DNA of 64,000 nt from a virus (Duplodnaviria > Caudoviricetes). The notes below the pieces were generated by a model. It was given only the letters and a program-made list of their open reading frames with translations, made no database searches and was not told where the DNA came from. Location: IMG/VR virus record IMGVR_UViG_3300020045_006302, positions 1-64,000 of that record; one strand, written 5' to 3'. How positions within the stretch are numbered: position 1 is the first letter of the stretch; the number at the start of each line of letters is the position of its first letter. Both the position numbers and the translations under genes were made by a program. Positions 49,612-59,356 of this stretch are shown here, piece after piece.

Positions 49612-50025
49612 ATGACATATAACGGAGAAATTAAAGAATTAAAATCTAATCAAGTATTTGTATTTGGTTCCAATACTCAAGGTAGACATGGAAAAGGTGC
49701 AGCATTAATAGCTAAAAGATTTTTTGGCGCTAAATACGGACAAGCAAAAGGAATACAAGGACAATCTTATGCAATAGTAACTAAAGATATATCCTCTTAT
49801 CCTTATAAAAGTATGTCAAAAGATTATATTATAAATGAAATTAAGCATTTATATCAATTTGCTGTAATACATCCATATAAAGAATTTTATATAGCATACA
49901 AAGGAAATGGAATTAATTTAAATGGATATTCTTCTATAGAAATGGCAGAAATGTTTAGTTTTTATCCTATACCTATTAATATAATATTTGAAGAAACGTT
50001 CAAAGATTTAATAAAAAGTAATTAA
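49612..50025 (+). CDS. A1S_2505-family (macro-domain-like) phage protein
   Basis: VFVFGSNTQGRHGKGAALIAK..FGAKYG...G.QGQSYAIVTK signature. Confidence 0.75.
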   Translation: MTYNGEIKELKSNQVFVFGSNTQGRHGKGAALIAKRFFGAKYGQAKGIQGQSYAIVTKDISSYPYKSMSKDYIINEIKHLYQFAVIHPYKEFYIAYKGNGINLNGYSSIEMAEMFSFYPIPINIIFEETFKDLIKSN

Positions 50026-50029
50026 AATT

Positions 50030-50341
50030 ATGAATATAAACGAAACTATTTATATAATATCTCCAGTAGAATTATATGGAAAATTTGTACCTAATTCTGC
50101 TCAAATATTAAAAGCAAAAGTAATTGAAATCTTAAAAGATAAATTAACTGTTGAAATAGATTTAGGAGAAGGTAGAATACAAATTAAAACTGTAACAGAA
50201 CCTTATTATAAAACTTTTCATGATGCTTTACCTCATATGGAAACTTTTATTAATAATAAAGTTAAAGTATTAAATGAAAATGAATATAAAGGAGAAGATA
50301 TACCTTCAGATGGAAGTAATAGATATTTAACAGAAGTTTAA
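50030..50341 (+). CDS. Hypothetical protein
   Basis: 103 aa ORF. Confidence 0.55.
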   Translation: MNINETIYIISPVELYGKFVPNSAQILKAKVIEILKDKLTVEIDLGEGRIQIKTVTEPYYKTFHDALPHMETFINNKVKVLNENEYKGEDIPSDGSNRYLTEV

Positions 50342-50345
50342 TATT

Positions 50346-51026
50346 ATGAATATATTAGTATTTGATACAGAAACTAATGACCAAGCTAAAAACTTTAAAC
50401 TTAAAGCTGAGGAAGATTTAAATAATTATCCTTATATAGTTCAACTATCAGCAAAGTTAATTAAAGTTGATATAGATGAAGATAAATGGTTAGTAGCACA
50501 TACAAAAGATAAATCAGTTACAGTTACAGAATTATTTATATTAGATAATTTAATATCTCCTTATAGAGATGGAAATATAATAGAAATTTCTAATGGAGCA
50601 TATGATGTTCATGGTATATCTGTCAATGATTGTATTAATGAAGGTTTTGATATAACAGAAAGGTTAATATTATTTCAAGGAATGCTATCAATGGCAGATG
50701 TAATTATAGCACATAATATAAACTTTGATAGAAATGTAATTGTTTCTGAATTTCTACGATTAGGATTAAAACCTTTAATTCGTAAAAAATCAATAGTATG
50801 GTGTAGTATGTTAAATACAATGTACGTATGTAATCTAAAAGGTAAAATACCAGGACAACCAAAATGGCCTACATTATCAGAATTATATAAACATTTATTT
50901 AATATAGAATTAGGAACTATTCATAAAGCACATGATGCTATGGGAGATGTTAATGCTACTGTCGATTGTGTAGTAGAATTACTTAAAAGAGAAATTACAT
51001 TATTTCAAACGAATAAGAGAGAATGA
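50346..51026 (+). CDS. DEDDh 3'-5' exonuclease (DnaQ-like)
   Basis: VFDTET, AHNINFD, WPTLSELY and AHDAMGDV motifs. Confidence 0.9.
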   Translation: MNILVFDTETNDQAKNFKLKAEEDLNNYPYIVQLSAKLIKVDIDEDKWLVAHTKDKSVTVTELFILDNLISPYRDGNIIEISNGAYDVHGISVNDCINEGFDITERLILFQGMLSMADVIIAHNINFDRNVIVSEFLRLGLKPLIRKKSIVWCSMLNTMYVCNLKGKIPGQPKWPTLSELYKHLFNIELGTIHKAHDAMGDVNATVDCVVELLKREITLFQTNKRE

Positions 51027-51029
51027 CAG

Positions 51030-52373
51030 ATGCAGTTAAATGATGAACAGCAACAAGCAGCAGAAACATTACAAACATGGCTTAATAAATCTTCTGATAA
51101 AAAAGATTTAATTAGAACTTTAAGTGGATTTGCTGGTACAGGTAAATCCACAGTTGCTAATGAAATACTAAGAGGACAAAGAGATGTTGTAGTTTCTGCT
51201 CCTACTCATAAAGCACGTAAAGTTATTGAGAATAAAACCCATAAACCAAGTGAAACAGTACAAGCTTTATTAGGATTAAGACCTGATGTAGAATTAGATA
51301 ATTTTAATCCTAATAAACCTGTATTTAATTTATTAGCAGAAGAAAAAATAAAGTATTTTAAAACAATAGTAATTGATGAAGGGTCTATGGTTAATAATAG
51401 TGCCCGAATAATGATTGAAGAAAAAGCACAAAAGTATGGTACAAAAATACTATATATAGGAGATGCATTACAACTTGCACCAGTAGGAGAAAATATATCT
51501 ACAGTATTTACTAAATATCCTTTAACATCTTTAAATACAATTGTAAGACAAGAAGATAGTAATCCTAATACAAAATTAATTGAATTATCAAGAAATGATG
51601 TATTATATGGAACTTCTACATTTTTACCTTATTTAAATAGTATTAAACAAGATATGCATAATGGAGAAGGATTTAAACTTCTACCAATGGAAGGATTTTA
51701 TAAAGGAATATTAGAACATTATTTTAATTCTGAATATGCTGTAGATTATGATTATGCTAAAACTATTTGTTATTCTAACGATACAGTTAAGAAAATAAAT
51801 AAGTATATAAGAAATCAAGTAAATAGAAATACTGAATTAGTAGCAAAAGGAGATGTATTAATGGGATATAATACTGTAAGTTTACAGATAATGGATGCTC
51901 CTTATTATAGGCCTTTGATTAGTAATTCAGAAGATTATATTGTACAAAGTTCAGAATTAATAGAATTACCAATAGAAGGAACAGTATATACTGGCTATAG
52001 AGTTAAATTACAATTAGTAGATGAATATCTATTTATTCTACATCCGTTATCTTATAAAGATTTTTATGATGAAATTTATAGAAGAATGGATGAAGCTAAA
52101 TTATTTAAAAAATGGCCTGCATATTATAGATTTAAAAATCAGATACTTGTAATGGATGATTTTTACTATCCTGATAATAAAACATTATTAGTAAAAAAAG
52201 ATATTGACTATGGATATTCTCTTACAGTACACAAGGCACAAGGCTCTACATATAAAAATGTAGGTATAGTACTTAAAGATATAGAAAGTTGTTATAAGAT
52301 AGCTGATAGACGTAGATTACGATATGTAGCATTATCTCGTACAAGTAAAAATAACTTAATTTATGCCAAGTAA
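51030..52373 (+). CDS. SF1B helicase (Dda/RecD-like)
   Basis: GFAGTGKS, APTHKA, IDEGSM, GDALQLAP, IVRQ, YSLTVHKAQGSTY and YVALSR motifs. Confidence 0.92.
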   Translation: MQLNDEQQQAAETLQTWLNKSSDKKDLIRTLSGFAGTGKSTVANEILRGQRDVVVSAPTHKARKVIENKTHKPSETVQALLGLRPDVELDNFNPNKPVFNLLAEEKIKYFKTIVIDEGSMVNNSARIMIEEKAQKYGTKILYIGDALQLAPVGENISTVFTKYPLTSLNTIVRQEDSNPNTKLIELSRNDVLYGTSTFLPYLNSIKQDMHNGEGFKLLPMEGFYKGILEHYFNSEYAVDYDYAKTICYSNDTVKKINKYIRNQVNRNTELVAKGDVLMGYNTVSLQIMDAPYYRPLISNSEDYIVQSSELIELPIEGTVYTGYRVKLQLVDEYLFILHPLSYKDFYDEIYRRMDEAKLFKKWPAYYRFKNQILVMDDFYYPDNKTLLVKKDIDYGYSLTVHKAQGSTYKNVGIVLKDIESCYKIADRRRLRYVALSRTSKNNLIYAK

Positions 52374-52665
52374 TTTAGCAATTGCAATAGCACAAAATAA
52401 AGAAACTTTTTTAGACTTTAGGAGATTTCTTTTAGAAAAGGGATTTACTAAAGAACAATTAATAGGAGTAGAAAACGGTAATGAAGATATTTATATACCA
52501 AGGTGTATAAGATATATAGAATATAATAATATTACTTTTAATGAAGCAGTAAATTATTATGTCTATGAAAGACCGGATTTAGATTATTGGGATTTAGTTA
52601 AAATAACAATAATAGGAGTATTTAGGAAGATTGAAAATAATGATATTAACTTTGTAACATATTAA
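52363..52665 (+). CDS. Hypothetical protein
   Basis: 100 aa ORF. Confidence 0.55.
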   Translation: MPSNLAIAIAQNKETFLDFRRFLLEKGFTKEQLIGVENGNEDIYIPRCIRYIEYNNITFNEAVNYYVYERPDLDYWDLVKITIIGVFRKIENNDINFVTY

Positions 52666-52667
52666 AT

Positions 52668-52832
52668 ATGGAAGAATATTTAAATAAAATGATAACACTA
52701 TTGAATGAAAAAATAGTATTACAAGAAAATATTATTAAAATACAAGATGAAACTATTAATACATTAAAAAAAGATAAAATAATATTATCAGATATGTTAA
52801 AAGTATGGCATATTAAATATGAAAATAACTAA
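52668..52832 (+). CDS. Possible 54-aa coiled-coil peptide
   Basis: ATG 52668 to TAA 52832 fills the gap. Confidence 0.4.
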   Translation: MEEYLNKMITLLNEKIVLQENIIKIQDETINTLKKDKIILSDMLKVWHIKYENN

Positions 52833-52837
52833 ATAAT

Positions 52838-53341
52838 ATGAAATTAAATATAACAGTAGATTTAGAAGACCTTTTTGTAGAAACAAGAGAAGACGGAGAA
52901 ATTATTAATATACAAGAAGAAATAAAATCTGAAATTGTTTCTAAAGTAAAATCAGAAGTTTGGGCTTTATTTAGTAAAACAGCTAAAGAAGAAATAAATA
53001 CATTATTAATAAGAGAAATTACTTCTATTAAAGATATACTTATTACAGAAAAAATAAGAGAACTTTTAATATCAGCTAAAATAAGAAAAAGTACTTTTGA
53101 TAAATCAGAAATTACAGTAACTGATTACATATTAGAACAATTAAAAGGTACTTATGGAGAAACTACAAAAACAAGTAATGAAATTGATAAAGTAGTATCA
53201 AATAATGCACATATAATTACTAATCAACTTAAAAATAGATATGATATGTTATTTGCTTCTCAATTAGTAAATAATATGAAACAAGCAGGAATGCTTAAAG
53301 ATGATGTAGCAAAATTATTATTACCTGAAAAAGAACAATAA
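52838..53341 (+). CDS. Hypothetical helical protein
   Basis: 167 aa ORF. Confidence 0.6.
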   Translation: MKLNITVDLEDLFVETREDGEIINIQEEIKSEIVSKVKSEVWALFSKTAKEEINTLLIREITSIKDILITEKIRELLISAKIRKSTFDKSEITVTDYILEQLKGTYGETTKTSNEIDKVVSNNAHIITNQLKNRYDMLFASQLVNNMKQAGMLKDDVAKLLLPEKEQ

Positions 53342-53344
53342 CAA

Positions 53345-55633
53345 ATGATATTTTTTGTTACTAAAAATACAGATTATTATAAAAAAGCCTTCTATGGACA
53401 ACTATTTAAAGATATAACTGTATTAACAGAACAAGAAGGTAAAGAATTATATTTTAAACATTTTGCTAAAAAAAGAATATTAGCATTTGACTGTGAAGCT
53501 ACTGGATTAGATTCTTATTTACTTAATCCTATATTATATGGATTATCTACTAAAACTATACAATTAATGTATGATTGGACTGCAGATGTTACATATGCTT
53601 TTAAAAATATAAGAGAGTATAATACAACTATGCTTGGTCATAATTTATTATATGATTTTAGATTAGTAAAAGTACATGTAGGAGTAGAATTAGATAAATG
53701 TTATGATACTATGCTTGCTGAACAACGACTTTATATGCGTTTAGGATATGAAATGGGATTAGCAGCATTAATTAGACGTTATTTAAAGAAAGAAGTAGAA
53801 AAAGAAGTAAGAAATGAATTTATAGGTGCAAATTTAGAAAAATTTAAAATTGCACCTCATCATTTATATTACCTAAAACAAGACCTTGTAGATTTATTTG
53901 AAATAAGAGATAAACAGAGGGTTCAAATTAGGAATTATAAAATGGAATTTCTCATATATGGAATTGAATTTCCATTAATGCGTGCTATAGCAGAAGCAGA
54001 ATTAAGAGGATTTGTACTTAATGTTGAAAAATGGAAAGAAAGAATAGAAAATGAGAAAAAAGAACTTTTTGAATTACTTTGTACTGTAGACCAACAAGTA
54101 AGAGATTTAAGAGATGAAATAGGAAAGTTAAATCCTGAAGTACGTATGAAATTATCAGGAGGAAAATATGATAATATAAGGAAATATAATCCTTTATATG
54201 ATATTTTCAAACCTGATGGAACTACTACAGAAATAGATTTATTTGGAAATTTTGCTACTAAATTAGGACTTACTAAAGTAAAGAAAAAAGTAATATCTTA
54301 TCCTAACAATACTAATTATAAATCTCCTGTTCAATTAATAAGAATATTTGCAGCTTTAGGTTATCCATTATTAAATAAAGCAGAACAATTTGAAGTACCT
54401 ATTATAAGAAATAATAAAATAGTAGGAGGAAATAATAAGTTTATGCTTAATGAAAAAGCTTTTAATAAATATCTTATATTAAAACCGGATACAGACCTTA
54501 AAGATTTTATAACTAATATTATAAAAATAGGTAAAATAAAAAAATCTTTAGATACTTATGGAGAGTCTTTTATAGGATATATAAATCCTATTACTGGTAG
54601 GCTTCATACTGTATTTAGACAATGTTTTGCAGATACTGGAAGATTTCAATCAGGAGGTGGAGATAAGCAACCTGATAAACCTAATTTCCAAAATATTCCT
54701 AAAACTAAAGAATATAGAGAAGCTTTTACAACAGATACAAGTAAATATATGATATGTACTTCTGATTATTCAGGAGCAGAGTTATTAGTAATGGCTTCTC
54801 ATGCACAAGATTTTAAACTAATAGAATTAAGTAAACAAGATATGCATTCATATATGGCACAACGATGTTGGAGAACTATATATAAAAGTAGAGCATATAA
54901 TTTATATTTAAAAATTACATCAGGATTATTAGGTCCTGGAAAACTATTAGAAAAACTTAAAGACGAATATAGAAGTTATAAAAACTTATCTGAAACATTT
55001 ATAGTAAGTAAAGAAGAAAATAAAAAAGTTAGAGACGGTTTTAAATCTCAAACATTTGGTATAATATATAGAATGTATGCCAAGAAAGCAGGAGAAACTA
55101 TAAATGTAAGTAAAGAAGAAGGACAAATTACTATAGATGTTGTTAAAGCTGAATTACCGTTAACAAGTGCTATGGTTGATGAAGCTGTATATAATGCAGT
55201 AAATAATGGATTTTTAATATTAAATGAAAGAACTAATTCAAGAGCATGGTTTCCTGTACTTATTCAAAAATTAAAAGGAGTAATTACAGATAAAACTCAT
55301 TTTATGCAAATTTCTAAAGAAGAAGGTGCGGCAGCTAATTCAAGAATGCAAGGAACTCAAGCAGATTTTGTAAAAGAAGCTACAGTAATCTTAAGAAAAT
55401 TTATTAAAAAGAATGGAATAGATGCAAGAATACTTAGTTGGGTACATGATGAAATTATAGATGAATTTCCTAAAGAATATGCAACATCTAATGGAAGGTT
55501 CTTCTATAGGGAAAGGGTATTTGATAATTATCCTGATTTCAAGACACATATAATGGAAGATGTAGCTAATAAATATTTAACAAATGTAACTATAGAAGTA
55601 GAAACAACAACATTACCTTATTGGACTAAATAA
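53345..55633 (+). CDS. polA: DNA polymerase, family A, with 3'-5' exonuclease domain
   Basis: FDCEATGLD, GHNLLYD, TGRFQS...PNFQNIP, SDYSGAEL (motif A), R...KSQTFGIIY (motif B) and WVHDEII (motif C). Confidence 0.95.
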   Translation: MIFFVTKNTDYYKKAFYGQLFKDITVLTEQEGKELYFKHFAKKRILAFDCEATGLDSYLLNPILYGLSTKTIQLMYDWTADVTYAFKNIREYNTTMLGHNLLYDFRLVKVHVGVELDKCYDTMLAEQRLYMRLGYEMGLAALIRRYLKKEVEKEVRNEFIGANLEKFKIAPHHLYYLKQDLVDLFEIRDKQRVQIRNYKMEFLIYGIEFPLMRAIAEAELRGFVLNVEKWKERIENEKKELFELLCTVDQQVRDLRDEIGKLNPEVRMKLSGGKYDNIRKYNPLYDIFKPDGTTTEIDLFGNFATKLGLTKVKKKVISYPNNTNYKSPVQLIRIFAALGYPLLNKAEQFEVPIIRNNKIVGGNNKFMLNEKAFNKYLILKPDTDLKDFITNIIKIGKIKKSLDTYGESFIGYINPITGRLHTVFRQCFADTGRFQSGGGDKQPDKPNFQNIPKTKEYREAFTTDTSKYMICTSDYSGAELLVMASHAQDFKLIELSKQDMHSYMAQRCWRTIYKSRAYNLYLKITSGLLGPGKLLEKLKDEYRSYKNLSETFIVSKEENKKVRDGFKSQTFGIIYRMYAKKAGETINVSKEEGQITIDVVKAELPLTSAMVDEAVYNAVNNGFLILNERTNSRAWFPVLIQKLKGVITDKTHFMQISKEEGAAANSRMQGTQADFVKEATVILRKFIKKNGIDARILSWVHDEIIDEFPKEYATSNGRFFYRERVFDNYPDFKTHIMEDVANKYLTNVTIEVETTTLPYWTK

Positions 55634-55646
55634 TTAAATAAAACTT

Positions 55647-56102
55647 ATGATAAATGAAAAAGAATTAATAAAAAGAAACTTAAAAATACCCCTTCCCTCT
55701 ACAAGAACTATCAGAGATTTACCTGACGGAATTACAGCTATTCCTGTATATAAAAAATCTTATGTACTTTTAGATAAAGTAATAGAAATAAATTCTACTA
55801 CATTACAATTACAAAGAGTAATAGAATTAGATAAAGAATATCCTAAAGCAATTATAGGATTTCATCCTCCTTTATTTAAAGATTTTATAAATAAAGACAA
55901 TACTATAAATACTCATGTTAATGTAGGGGAAACTGTAGTATTAGGATTAAAATTTAAAAATGATAAAAATCCACCAAGAATTGTAAAAGAATTATATTTT
56001 ACATCATTAAATAGTATTACTGTAATTATTGCTAAATTAGATAATGAAGATTATTATCCTTCATACTTTTTAGAAAAATACATAGAACCTGATGCAAGTT
56101 AA
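55647..56102 (+). CDS. Hypothetical protein
   Basis: 151 aa ORF. Confidence 0.55.
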   Translation: MINEKELIKRNLKIPLPSTRTIRDLPDGITAIPVYKKSYVLLDKVIEINSTTLQLQRVIELDKEYPKAIIGFHPPLFKDFINKDNTINTHVNVGETVVLGLKFKNDKNPPRIVKELYFTSLNSITVIIAKLDNEDYYPSYFLEKYIEPDAS

Positions 56103-57492
56103 TGAAAAGAAAAAACAGAGACAACTTAATGGAATAATCAAGTGGCATAATTGTGGCTTCAGGGGTATTTTATATTATCCAACTGGATTTGGTAAAACTT
56201 TTACAGCTATATTAGCAATTCAATATTTAGAAAAACTTACTAAATCTTCTTATTTAATAGGAGTAGCATCTGAACAAAATAAACAACAATGGATAAAAGT
56301 ACTTGAAAAGAATTTACCTAAATATTTATTAGAAAGAGTAAGAGTAAAAACATTCCATGAAATTGTAACTTCTGATTTAAGATATGAAGTAGGAACATTT
56401 ATAGTAGATGAAATACATGAATGTCATACAGATGAAAGAATAGATTTAATTAATGGATTTAAAGTATATTCTAAATATATATTAGGACTTACAGCAAGTG
56501 CAGATGATAAAAACTTCTTTAAAATCACAATGCATATTCCGATTATAGATGAAATTACCGAAACGTATGCTATACAAGAAGGATATATATCTGACTTTAT
56601 AGAATATAACATACCAGTAAATTTAACTGTAAAAGAAAAAGGAGATTATGATAGACATTCTTCTATAGTATCAGGATTAATGGATAAATTCAATAAAGAT
56701 ATTGGATTAGTTCAAAAATGTATTAACGGAGGAAAAGATAATTATGGAACTTATTATACAGGAGTACATTGGGCAACATCACTTGCACGTAGTAAAGGAT
56801 GGGCACCTACATTAGATTTTAATTTACAAAGAAATAGAGAACTTGATGATGAATATAATCCTAATACAATAATTAATAATAGTCGTAGATTAATGACTGC
56901 TATTAGAAAAAGAAAAGAAATATTGTATATGGCATCAGAAAAATATACATTGTGTATAGAAATATTAAAAAAGTATTCTACTATTAAAACAATATTATTT
57001 TCTGAAAGTACTGAATTTATAGATATACTACAAATTCAAGCTAAACGTCAAGAATTAAAAACTTCTTTATATCACGGTAATTTAAAAACACAGATTAAAA
57101 CTTCTCCTGTATCAGGAAAATTAATTAAATTTGGAAAAACAAGATTAAAAAAGATTGCATTAGAGGAAATTACTACAGGAAAGACAGCAGCTTTACTTAC
57201 ATCTAAAGTATTAGAAAAAGGTACAGATATACCTGATATTCGTATAGGTATTGATGTAGCAGGTACTTCAAATCCTACTACATATAAACAAAGAAAAGGT
57301 AGAGCATTACGTAAAGAAGCAAGTGTATTTGAGGAAGATATTGTATCACTTATATTAAATATATATGTAAAAGATACAGTAGAAGAAAGTTGGCTTAAGA
57401 ATAGACAAAAGGACACAACTCACGTTATTAATAAAGTGTTATCTTTAGATGATGTTGATTATGTACCTCCAAGTAATCCGGATTTACTATGA
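56092..57492 (+). CDS. SF2 helicase
   Basis: PTGFGKT, VDEIH, GLTAS, LEKGTDIP and YKQRKGRALR motifs. Confidence 0.9.
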   Translation: MQVNEKKKQRQLNGIIKWHNCGFRGILYYPTGFGKTFTAILAIQYLEKLTKSSYLIGVASEQNKQQWIKVLEKNLPKYLLERVRVKTFHEIVTSDLRYEVGTFIVDEIHECHTDERIDLINGFKVYSKYILGLTASADDKNFFKITMHIPIIDEITETYAIQEGYISDFIEYNIPVNLTVKEKGDYDRHSSIVSGLMDKFNKDIGLVQKCINGGKDNYGTYYTGVHWATSLARSKGWAPTLDFNLQRNRELDDEYNPNTIINNSRRLMTAIRKRKEILYMASEKYTLCIEILKKYSTIKTILFSESTEFIDILQIQAKRQELKTSLYHGNLKTQIKTSPVSGKLIKFGKTRLKKIALEEITTGKTAALLTSKVLEKGTDIPDIRIGIDVAGTSNPTTYKQRKGRALRKEASVFEEDIVSLILNIYVKDTVEESWLKNRQKDTTHVINKVLSLDDVDYVPPSNPDLL

Positions 57493-58085
57493 TAATAGAG
57501 GATAGTTATTTAGATTTTTTAATACTAAATAGATTAACACAACCACAATTCTTATTATTACATTTAATATATAAGAAAAGAATAGATTTATTACGAAAGT
57601 ATAAACAAGCGTTCCCAACAGATGATGGAACTATAATAGGAAAACGATTAACAGACGAATTAATACAAAGAGGATTTTTAATAATAAAAGAAGAAGGAGG
57701 TGGATTTGAAATAGGAAAAGAATTTCTTAAACTATATATAGATAGTAGAGAAGCAACAGAACAAATATTTAGAATATATCCAACATACTATCATAAAAGT
57801 GGATTGGATATACCTTTAAATATAATGGATAGAAGAACATTTTCTAAAATATATGAAGAAGCTATTATATATTCTAATGCAGAACATATAGAAGTTATAA
57901 AAGATATTAAATATGGTAAATTACATAATCTTATTATAATACCTATAGATAAATTTGTAAAATCACATTATTGGAAAGTATTACGTAAACAAAGATTAGA
58001 TTATGAAAATACACCACAAATAGATGAATACTCTTTATCAGTTCCACAGCCGGAAAATGACAGCTATTCTGAACCTGCCTTTTAA
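57489..58085 (+). CDS. Hypothetical replication-region protein (possible initiator/HTH)
   Basis: 198 aa; N-terminal winged-helix-like pattern and ++..YP motif; between helicase and annealing protein. Confidence 0.45.
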   Translation: MIIEDSYLDFLILNRLTQPQFLLLHLIYKKRIDLLRKYKQAFPTDDGTIIGKRLTDELIQRGFLIIKEEGGGFEIGKEFLKLYIDSREATEQIFRIYPTYYHKSGLDIPLNIMDRRTFSKIYEEAIIYSNAEHIEVIKDIKYGKLHNLIIIPIDKFVKSHYWKVLRKQRLDYENTPQIDEYSLSVPQPENDSYSEPAF

Positions 58086-58285
58086 CTGTATGCCCTTTTT
58101 AGGCTCACAGTTGTATTTTAACCCTTGTTACGTATTATAATAAAGGAATTAAAGAACGTTGCTTAAATCGCCTTAAAATCGCTTATAGTCAATAGTAGGA
58201 AAATTAGAAAAATGTTAATGAAATTAAAAAGATAAACGGATACTAAAATAAATTGATTGAAAATTGTAAAATTAACTGGAATGTC

Positions 58286-58316
58286 TTGCAGGATAAATAT
58301 AAGTTGATTATATTTG
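58286..58316 (+). promoter_or_regulatory. Bacteroidota primary-sigma promoter (TTG-N20-TATATTTG)
   Basis: TTG 58286-58288 and TATATTTG 58309-58316 with 20-nt spacing, 70 nt upstream of the 58387 ORF. Confidence 0.7.
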
Positions 58317-58386
58317 TAGTGTAATAGAAACAGATACAAAGGCAATTTGAGATTATCAAAATAGTATCGAAAAATTAAAGTTTTAT

Positions 58387-59316
58387 ATGGATGCAAATTT
58401 AGCCGATAAAGGCTCTACAGAAACAGAAGGACTTAAAAAAGATGAAGCTATTACAATTCCTACTGAAAATGATAATGTAAGTTATGAGGAACTTACAGTA
58501 AAAAAATCAGATGTAAATTTAATTCCTGTAAATGAAGTAGAAATACTATCAAAACAAGAATTACAAGTAAAGGAAAAAGAAATAACTTCATCTTTAAGTT
58601 CTTTTAAAGGAAATTATGCAGAAGTATATGAAGCTAATCATGCATTAGAGGATATGAGATTAATAGCGCAACAATTTCTAAAAGCGCAATTATGTCCACT
58701 TAAAAGTGAAGCTGATATTATATTAGCAATTATTACTGGTAATCAATATGGATTTAATTTTATAACTTCTGTACAAAATATATATCCTATTAATGGAAGA
58801 GCAGCATTATCAACTCATTTAATAAGAGCACAAATACTTAAAAATGGGATTATATTTGAAAAAATAAATGATTATGCTCCTGTATATAAATATTATAAAA
58901 CAGAAGAAAAAGAAGGAAATTTTGTATTAGCAGTTACAAAAGATAATAAAGCAATAGAAGTAGGATTAACTACAGATAAAGAATTACCAAATGGAAATTA
59001 TGCAAGAGGTAATACTATAGTTGATTATATTACTACATATAAGTTTACAAGGTGGGTAAAAACACCAGTAGGATGGAAAGAACAAAATGTTAATGTATCT
59101 TTTACGATAAGTGAAGCAAGACAAGCACAATTATTAGATAAAGAAAATTGGCAGAAATATCCTAAAAGAATGTTAGATGCTCGTGCTTTTAATTATGGAG
59201 CAAGAGAAATTGCAGATGATGTGATAATGGGAGTATATTCTATATCAGAATTAGCAGATGCAAATAACATTAAATATACCATTAATGAAAATGGAGAAGA
59301 AACAATAATAAATTAA
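58387..59316 (+). CDS. RecT/Bet-like single-strand annealing protein
   Basis: AIITGNQYG.....S.QNIYPING+..L...L+RA and FT+.EA.QA.L.DK.NW.KYP.RML.ARA....AR....D...G+Y pattern. Confidence 0.75.
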   Translation: MDANLADKGSTETEGLKKDEAITIPTENDNVSYEELTVKKSDVNLIPVNEVEILSKQELQVKEKEITSSLSSFKGNYAEVYEANHALEDMRLIAQQFLKAQLCPLKSEADIILAIITGNQYGFNFITSVQNIYPINGRAALSTHLIRAQILKNGIIFEKINDYAPVYKYYKTEEKEGNFVLAVTKDNKAIEVGLTTDKELPNGNYARGNTIVDYITTYKFTRWVKTPVGWKEQNVNVSFTISEARQAQLLDKENWQKYPKRMLDARAFNYGAREIADDVIMGVYSISELADANNIKYTINENGEETIIN

Positions 59317-59356
59317 ACAAAATAAATATTAATATAAATTTTTAAATCAAAAGATT

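Noticed and set aside
33976-55633. Introns or inteins in terL and polA
   Set aside because: Protein lengths and motif spacing are normal; no intein or homing-endonuclease signatures were seen.
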